Positions 58,210 through 64,000 of a DNA stretch of 64,000 nt are shown here, piece by piece. The stretch spans positions 32,001 to 96,000 of the IMG/VR virus record IMGVR_UViG_3300001594_000003; one strand, written 5' to 3'. How positions within the stretch are numbered: position 1 is the first letter of the stretch; each line of letters opens with the position of its first letter. Under the pieces are notes generated by a model. That model was not told the DNA's origin. It saw only the letters and a program-made list of their open reading frames with translations, and ran no database searches. Position numbers and translations under genes: made by a program. The DNA is from a virus (lineage: Duplodnaviria; Caudoviricetes).

Positions 58210-58257
58210 ATGCCAACACTAAAATACGTTCAAGGAGCTCCACTTAATCATACGTGA
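58210..58257 (+). CDS. 15-aa leader uORF (MPTLKYVQGAPLNHT)
   Basis: AAGGA SD; stop 9 nt before GH5 ATG, inside a hairpin covering the GH5 SD. Confidence 0.45.
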   Translation: MPTLKYVQGAPLNHT

Positions 58258-58266
58258 GGCTCCAAA

Positions 58267-60315
58267 ATGAAACCAGAAGAACTCCTTGCTGCTATGCAGC
58301 CACTAGCGGAAGCCGTAGCAAAGGCGACCGCGGAATACACGAAAGAAGTTGCTTCTTATCGTGAGGAACTAGCACAGACCAAGGAAGAACTTCAACGAGT
58401 ACGGACGCAACTTGAAGAACTAGCAGGTGCAACACCAAAGCCGACACCCGAGCAACCAAAGCCAGAGCCTACTCCTGAACCGGAGCCAACACCTAAGCCT
58501 GATGTACCTGCGACCGGTGCCATCAAGATCAATGATTTCGATGGCGGTGATTGGCTGAACGGTGTCTGGATCAAGGATGATACCCGCCGGGTATCCATAC
58601 CGCAAACTGACCTGTTCACAGTTGGTGATGAAGTAACACTAGCTGATGGTGAACCCCGTCGCGTCAAAGTTGTTGAAGACGTTGGCGATAACATCAGTCT
58701 GGAACTCACTGGCGGCAAGATCGACCCTAACGTTGCAGGTGCACCCAACAACGTAACTAAGGTAGCAGACGGTGAGCCGGATGATCTGCCTGAGCCGGGA
58801 CCTGAGCAGCCAGCTCCAATACCAGAAGTACCAAAGCCTGAGCCGAAGCCGGACGTTGAAGGGTTTACCTCCAGCATCAACAACTTCACGGATGACAAGT
58901 ATTGGGATCGCGGTATCTGGCGCGGCGATAAGGCTGGTATCAGTATCACTAACTCGGCAGACAATCGTAAGCACTTCGTAGAGGGTGCTCCGGTTAAACT
59001 TGCCACTGGCGAGATTCGTCGAGTAACGTGGGCTCAAGAGGTTGGTGACAACATCAGCCTTTTCTTGGAAGGTACGACCTTGGATGCTTCTAAGGTCGGC
59101 TCACCCAACAAGATCGTATTGGCAACTGACGAAGCACCTCAGCCAGACCCAAAGCCGACAGAGCCGGAACCTACACCTACTCCAGCACCTACGCCGATCC
59201 CACCTGTTTCTGGTGTTGACGCTCAACTGCCTGCGTTCGGTCTAAACTTGGGTGGTCTGGGTAATAACCCTTGGCTTGCAGCTATCAATGGGCCGGATGG
59301 GGTTCGAGGCGATACACACTACTCGATCACCAAAGAGCCGCACATTGCGTGCTATGCGAAACACTTGAACGGTAAGCCGTGGATTGCGCGTCTGCCTATC
59401 GCTGCTGAGTACCTGATCACCAAGGATGGAGACAAGCTCAACCAGCGCTATGTGAACGACATTCTGGGTGTGATGAACATCGTCCACAAGTACGGCGGTA
59501 AAGTGCTGTTGGATATGCACAACTACTACCGCTTCTGGAAGAAAGTACCCAGCCCTGTTGCGGGTCGTGATATGAAGAACCACAACGACCACCTTGCAAA
59601 GGGTTCGGCTGTGTGGACTGTCATCAACGAGCCGGATTGTCCTGTCACCAACAAAGGATTCGCGCAACTGTGGGTAGACATTCTGATGGGCCCAATAGGT
59701 AAGCATCCTGCGATGTTTATGGCTGGGCTTGTGAATGAACCACACAACCGCGGCACCGACAAGGTTGATATCAACTCGAAGTGGCCTGTATGTGCTCAAC
59801 TGTGCGTCAACGAAATCCGTAAGGTCAACAAGACTATCTGGATTACAGTTGCGGGCAACTTCTACAGCAGCGCCAAGATGTGGACCAGCGTCAGCAAGGA
59901 CCTGCACAAGATCACTGATCCGCAAGACAAGCTGATCTTTGAAGCTCACCAGTACATGGACAAGCAGGGTAATGGTGGCGGGGCGTGGAACTCCCACACC
60001 GATCCGGTTGCTGCCGATCAAGGTACCAAGGACTGGGCAGGGTATGCCGCCTGGGCTATAGAGAAGAACGTGCGTGGTATGTGCGGTGAAGTAGGTGGTC
60101 CCGCTACTGCAGGTCAGTATTTGACTGCTGTTCGCCGCTTGTGTGATCTTATGGCATCACACCGTATGCCAGTAGTGTTTTGGATGGGCGGTACTGGCCA
60201 GAACGACAGCTACGCTAACGGTATGAACACCAAGGCAGGCGTACTCAAACCAAATGCTGCGCCTCTGATGGAGCGCATCGGACGCACGTTCCCATCGTAC
60301 GGGCCGAAGAAGTAA
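58267..60315 (+). CDS. GH5 glycoside hydrolase (endoglucanase-like) with N-terminal coiled coil, Pro-rich linkers and two repeated putative binding modules
   Basis: RLP, LLDMHNY, NEPH (acid/base), FEAHQY, GEVG (nucleophile). Confidence 0.88.
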   Translation: MKPEELLAAMQPLAEAVAKATAEYTKEVASYREELAQTKEELQRVRTQLEELAGATPKPTPEQPKPEPTPEPEPTPKPDVPATGAIKINDFDGGDWLNGVWIKDDTRRVSIPQTDLFTVGDEVTLADGEPRRVKVVEDVGDNISLELTGGKIDPNVAGAPNNVTKVADGEPDDLPEPGPEQPAPIPEVPKPEPKPDVEGFTSSINNFTDDKYWDRGIWRGDKAGISITNSADNRKHFVEGAPVKLATGEIRRVTWAQEVGDNISLFLEGTTLDASKVGSPNKIVLATDEAPQPDPKPTEPEPTPTPAPTPIPPVSGVDAQLPAFGLNLGGLGNNPWLAAINGPDGVRGDTHYSITKEPHIACYAKHLNGKPWIARLPIAAEYLITKDGDKLNQRYVNDILGVMNIVHKYGGKVLLDMHNYYRFWKKVPSPVAGRDMKNHNDHLAKGSAVWTVINEPDCPVTNKGFAQLWVDILMGPIGKHPAMFMAGLVNEPHNRGTDKVDINSKWPVCAQLCVNEIRKVNKTIWITVAGNFYSSAKMWTSVSKDLHKITDPQDKLIFEAHQYMDKQGNGGGAWNSHTDPVAADQGTKDWAGYAAWAIEKNVRGMCGEVGGPATAGQYLTAVRRLCDLMASHRMPVVFWMGGTGQNDSYANGMNTKAGVLKPNAAPLMERIGRTFPSYGPKK

Positions 60316-60326
60316 CGGATTCAATC

Positions 60327-60338
60327 GCCAAGGACGGC
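60327..60338 (+). promoter_or_regulatory. CsrA/RsmA-consensus hairpin
   Basis: GCC-AAGGAC-GGC, with ACGGAT at 60315-60320. Confidence 0.45.
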
Positions 60339-60360
60339 ACCCTATTCCAATGTGCTTCTG

Positions 60361-60367
60361 TAATTTA
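60361..60367 (+). promoter_or_regulatory. putative late promoter TAATTTA
   Basis: ATG 60395 lies 28 nt after motif end. Confidence 0.7.
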
Positions 60368-60394
60368 TACACAAGCTAAATGAGGAGCTAGTAA

Positions 60395-61057
60395 ATGCGT
60401 CTCCAACTTCGTATGACTGCGGAAGCACATTCCAAAGCAGAACACTTCACCCAATTCTCCAATGCGGACGAAGGTGAAATGAAATCCTTCATTCGCACAC
60501 TGATGCAATTGAAGGACATGCAAGACCTGTACGATGTAGGCTTGAAGGTTGAGAAGCTGATCCCTCGCCTACTGGACTTGTTCCAAGAAGCCAAGATTGA
60601 CCCGTCGTGTTCGTTCCAAGCAGCAAACGGTCGTCTCTGGGCACTGTACACAAAGTGGCGTCAGAGTTGTCAGGATAGCCTGAAAAACGGTATGTACGAC
60701 AAGTTCTGCCAAGCCAGAATGCAAGACGTAAAGTGTCCAGGCCTGTCCCTAGCCAACTACCCGATTCAGGGTATGTTCACTATGGATGGCGTGCGCTTTG
60801 TCGGTATAGGTTACGACAACGCAAACGTAAACGGTCTCGGTACAGATCAGTGGGTACTGCTGCTGTCGGTACGTGGGGAGAACACGTGTTCCACCATGTG
60901 CATGGGCAGTTTGAACGACTCGTTCGGTAAGATCGACTATGACAAGTTTGGTCAGATCGTGGTCAATCTAAAGGGATGGATGACAGAAAATGTTCGTGAA
61001 CTTCAAGATAATTCCACCGGGCCAACCCCAACAAGACAAGACCCTACCGAAGGGTAA
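60395..61057 (+). CDS. hypothetical protein
   Basis: GAGGAG SD; N-terminus MRLQLRMTAEA. Confidence 0.7.
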   Translation: MRLQLRMTAEAHSKAEHFTQFSNADEGEMKSFIRTLMQLKDMQDLYDVGLKVEKLIPRLLDLFQEAKIDPSCSFQAANGRLWALYTKWRQSCQDSLKNGMYDKFCQARMQDVKCPGLSLANYPIQGMFTMDGVRFVGIGYDNANVNGLGTDQWVLLLSVRGENTCSTMCMGSLNDSFGKIDYDKFGQIVVNLKGWMTENVRELQDNSTGPTPTRQDPTEG

Positions 61058-61091
61058 GTCAAAAACCGAGAAGAACCAGATCAAGGAAGAT

Positions 61092-61178
61092 ATGAGAACT
61101 ATCCAGAATCGACTGGCTAGATCGCTGCTGCGTGCTGTACGCAAACGAGCAGAGCACCAGAATTACAAGGAGATTTGA
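61092..61178 (+). CDS. possible 28-aa basic peptide
   Basis: AAGGA SD; MRTIQNRLARSLLRAVRKRAEHQNYKEI; stop abuts next ATG. Confidence 0.35.
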   Translation: MRTIQNRLARSLLRAVRKRAEHQNYKEI

Positions 61179-61179
61179 A

Positions 61180-61467
61180 ATGGAATCGTGGATCAGCAAA
61201 GCGCTTGGATACGCCAAGTATGCAGGTGCTGCCGTCTTAGCGTTAGGGGTTGCAGTTCTACTTCGCAAACAGCCAGTGGCTAAACCGAAGGAGAAGATCG
61301 AGAAGGGACCTGATATGAAGGTCGCTTATGACAATGCCGAGCAACTCGACAAGAAAGAAGAAGTAACCAAAGAACAGCACGGCAAAATAGAAGAAGTGCT
61401 GCAACCAAAGCCAATCACAAACAAACCTCTGCGCGATGCAGTAGATGACTGGAATCGCGACGCTTGA
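61180..61467 (+). CDS. single-TM protein, i-spanin-like
   Basis: AAGGAG SD; TM AGAAVLALGVAVLL followed by charged helix. Confidence 0.5.
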   Translation: MESWISKALGYAKYAGAAVLALGVAVLLRKQPVAKPKEKIEKGPDMKVAYDNAEQLDKKEEVTKEQHGKIEEVLQPKPITNKPLRDAVDDWNRDA

Positions 61468-61480
61468 CTTGGAGACTAAC

Positions 61481-61879
61481 ATGGAACTTCTGGCAGATGC
61501 AGTAAAAAATCTGTTGGGCGTTGAACCATCCATGGCACTCACATACTTGCTATGTGTACTCATCGGTGTAGGTATCAACTGGGCTAAATCCAGCAGGGAA
61601 GCCAACATTAGCCTTATGTCGTACTGGACACGATATCCGATTCGTTCGCAAACGGCTATCATCGGTACAATCTCTGCTTACCTATTCACGGTTATCACTG
61701 ATCCTGAATCAGGCAAGCTGACGTATATCGCTATCGGGTATGCGTGCGACAACCTGCTCAACAAGGTCCCCGTAGAGGGCAAAGCTGCGGATATCATCGC
61801 ACGGCAAGAAGCCGAAGTGATTGTTCAAGAGCAGCGCATAAGGGAATTGACCCAATCGCTCCCACAACAAGGTAGTTAA
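61481..61879 (+). CDS. putative holin
   Basis: GGAG SD; 2-3 hydrophobic segments, charged C-tail; lysis-gene context. Confidence 0.55.
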   Translation: MELLADAVKNLLGVEPSMALTYLLCVLIGVGINWAKSSREANISLMSYWTRYPIRSQTAIIGTISAYLFTVITDPESGKLTYIAIGYACDNLLNKVPVEGKAADIIARQEAEVIVQEQRIRELTQSLPQQGS

Positions 61880-61881
61880 GC

Positions 61882-62346
61882 ATGAAACTGTTCGCGTTGT
61901 TACTCTCGGTGTTCCTAGTTGGGTGTTCGAGCAACCTACCGAAGCCTGAAATCAGTGATCGCTACTCCAAGCTGGAGACTATGGATCACCTGACTGCTAA
62001 AGCCGCAGTGTTGCCTGCTGTGCCTCAGATCCGCGTAACGCCTATTGACGGCAAAGAGTACGCGGTGCTGGATGCAGACGGCATGAACCAGCTCAATCAG
62101 TTCAGGCAAGCGGCAAAGCAGAACACCGAGGCAGTTGCGCTTTTGATCGAGGCACAGAACGGGCTAATAGATCAGCGCAACCTCATGTTGCAGAATCTTC
62201 GGCTAGAGGAATCCCGCTCCAACTTCTTCGCTGAGAAGTACATGGAGTCGGAGAACTTGCGACGCGAACAGTACGACCAATTTCAAATGGAGCTGATCAT
62301 CCACAAGGTGACGCTCCTTCTATTCGGCGCATTGGTGGTGTTCTGA
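61882..62346 (+). CDS. lipoprotein with C-terminal hydrophobic anchor, spanin-like
   Basis: Lipobox LVGC then SS; helical body; C-terminal VTLLLFGALVVF. Confidence 0.65.
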   Translation: MKLFALLLSVFLVGCSSNLPKPEISDRYSKLETMDHLTAKAAVLPAVPQIRVTPIDGKEYAVLDADGMNQLNQFRQAAKQNTEAVALLIEAQNGLIDQRNLMLQNLRLEESRSNFFAEKYMESENLRREQYDQFQMELIIHKVTLLLFGALVVF

Positions 62347-62810
62347 TGGACGAAACGATAAAGATCGGCAAGAACTTCACACTCGCCGACGTACAGTTTA
62401 ACGAGATTGCAGTGCGTCTTGGTATGAGCAACGACGTGGTCGATGATCAAGTCATATCGAACGCGCGGCGTCTCGCCAAGAACGTACTGGACCCACTGAT
62501 TGAACAGTTCGGTCATGTGTTCATCACATCGTGGTATCGCAACCAGAATCTGGAGCGCGAGTACAGCCGCAACACCTTTGCTCGCTGGTGTATCGACAAT
62601 CGATTGCCGATCCGAGACGAAGCATGGCAGCAGTACATAGACCAGAAACAGCATCACACTGGTTGTGCCGTGACTATCCGCGCAAAGGACAATGACGAAC
62701 TGTTCGACTACATCAAGGACAATCTGGAGTTCGATACGCTAATGCACAAGAAGCATTGGATCAGTGTCAGCTTCACCCAGAATAACCAAAAACGGGCTAT
62801 TGGTAGATGA
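62346..62810 (+). CDS. peptidase M15-like protein with degenerate Zn ligands
   Basis: NFTL, LDPL...FG.V.ITSWYR, QH..G.AV(T)I, W.(S)VS. Confidence 0.7.
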   Translation: MDETIKIGKNFTLADVQFNEIAVRLGMSNDVVDDQVISNARRLAKNVLDPLIEQFGHVFITSWYRNQNLEREYSRNTFARWCIDNRLPIRDEAWQQYIDQKQHHTGCAVTIRAKDNDELFDYIKDNLEFDTLMHKKHWISVSFTQNNQKRAIGR

Positions 62811-63112
62811 TCATTACTCTTTCTATGGCGCTGCCTTCCCACCATCAAATAGGTGATGAAGTATTTCTACATCCGAATCCGTGGCGCCAAACAACAGAGC
62901 GCAACTCGGGTTTTCTGTGTCGTGTCGATAAGGTAAACTTTAGATCGGGAAAGGTAACGTATGATCTGGCGCTTCACGTAGTGGAAGGTGATGGCGAAGG
63001 TAATCTCGAATCAAGATATTACGATGCCATCACTATAAAGGACGTCGATAGCTCGTTCGTTTACTCGATTAAAGATTTGGAAGAAAAGGACCATACGCAT
63101 GAAAGTTCGTAA
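62807..63112 (+). CDS. hypothetical SH3/KOW-like small protein
   Basis: IGDEV...V.YDL...VDSSF. Confidence 0.55.
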   Translation: MIITLSMALPSHHQIGDEVFLHPNPWRQTTERNSGFLCRVDKVNFRSGKVTYDLALHVVEGDGEGNLESRYYDAITIKDVDSSFVYSIKDLEEKDHTHESS

Positions 63113-63803
63113 GCAGAGCGGCTGCGTAGTCTTTCGCTACAACCGCAACTTCGATTACGAGATACTGCTGGTCAAGTCCAGTGATGGTAAAGAGTGGGTA
63201 TTTCCGAAGGGTGGTGTAGAGTCTGATCTGACTGCGAAAGAGTCTGCCGCCAAAGAAGTGTATGAGGAAGCAGGCGTAGCGGGTAACATCCTGCAGACAC
63301 TCGGCAAGTACGAGTACAAGAAGAAGGGTCGCGACCAGAAAGTCACCATGTACTCGATGCTGTACACGCACGACACACCAGACTGGCCGGAGAAAGGACT
63401 ACGCAAGCGCAAGTGGTTCAGTTTTAAAGAAGCGCAGAAGAAACTACCGAAGATACTGCGTCCATTCCTGAAGGAGTTGAAGAACGGGAATGCGTTGGCG
63501 TTGAGTGCAAGCAATACGCTATCGCACTTAGCTGACCATTTCCGTGAACTGCCCGTGCTCAGCCAACACCCGTCAGAGGTTACCGTGGACGACGCAGACA
63601 ACTGCGTGTACATATCGGTATCGTTACCTAACGGCGATTTGCGATTGCAGATTGAGGAATGGGAACAGCACCCACTGTCACAAGCTCTTACCGTACACTA
63701 TGAGTTTTCGGGCGAAGACGAGAATCACGGCCACTTCAAGCGCAGCTCGCTGGATAGAGTGGTTGGTCACGTTGCACGTATCGTCGGAAAGTATGTAAGT
63801 TAG
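63099..63803 (+). CDS. Nudix hydrolase (DIPP/Ap6A-like) with extra C-terminal domain
   Basis: WVFPKGGVE...AAKEVYEEAG Nudix box; WPE...R.RKWF. Confidence 0.9.
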   Translation: MKVRKQSGCVVFRYNRNFDYEILLVKSSDGKEWVFPKGGVESDLTAKESAAKEVYEEAGVAGNILQTLGKYEYKKKGRDQKVTMYSMLYTHDTPDWPEKGLRKRKWFSFKEAQKKLPKILRPFLKELKNGNALALSASNTLSHLADHFRELPVLSQHPSEVTVDDADNCVYISVSLPNGDLRLQIEEWEQHPLSQALTVHYEFSGEDENHGHFKRSSLDRVVGHVARIVGKYVS

Positions 63804-63808
63804 ACCTG

Positions 63809-63837
63809 AAAAAGGGAGCCACTTGGGCTCCCTTTTG
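63809..63837. terminator. bidirectional intrinsic terminator
   Basis: aaaagggagcc/ggctccctttt. Confidence 0.85.
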
Positions 63838-63849
63838 TTGGCTTACGGA

Positions 63850-63879
63850 AAGAAAAACGGAGAGCCGAAGCTCCCCGTT
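63850..63879 (-). terminator. minus-strand terminator with C(UUCG)G loop
   Basis: Reverse complement reads aacggggagc-ttcg-gctctccgtt-tttcttt. Confidence 0.8.
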
Positions 63880-64000
63880 GTAGCTCTGCTATAGAGCCGG
63901 CTTTCGCCTTCCGCACTTTGTTAACCGAGTCGTGGTATCTCGGAGATACAGGATCACCTCCCGCTGCAATGGCGTGAGAAGTGTCTCTCGCCCGCATATA

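Noticed and set aside
63800-63997. 65-aa minus-strand ORF from the track
   Set aside because: It runs through two terminator hairpins, so it is unlikely to be translated as called.

Overview
This window is 64 kb of a large contractile-tailed (myovirus-like) phage genome. Gene content and style suggest a jumbo phage of gammaproteobacteria, possibly the Lu11/PaBG/Y3-like 'hairy' group infecting Pseudomonas or enterobacteria; this is inference, not a database hit. Almost everything is on the + strand. (i) 1-12 kb is a head-associated cluster: NAD-dependent DNA ligase, ChaB, GT2-TPR glycosyltransferase, a prohead-protease-like gene and an Acb1-like anti-CBASS 2H phosphoesterase. (ii) A two-gene minus-strand island carries thyA. 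(iii) 13.5-22.5 kb holds PAAR, baseplate wedge and tail-fibre genes. (iv) 22.5-58 kb is a large set of paralogous fibre/appendage genes: four collagen-like proteins, a duplicated A-B-C cassette and two LamG-protein/partner pairs, interrupted by an HNH endonuclease and a four-gene membrane module. (v) The end carries a GH5 glycoside hydrolase, a lysis-like cassette and a Nudix hydrolase. Non-coding signals read directly from the sequence are a recurrent TAATTTA putative late promoter, an RBS-sequestering hairpin on the HNH gene, and three intergenic CsrA/RsmA-consensus hairpins. One of those hairpins overlaps the SD of a 15-codon leader ORF ahead of the GH5 gene. The most promising undescribed systems are host Csr/Rsm control of a phage glycoside hydrolase and an accessory fibre, a protease-motif-tagged set of head cargo proteins including Acb1, and possible glycosylation of collagen fibres. 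No searches or folding computations were run; family calls rest on motif recognition.
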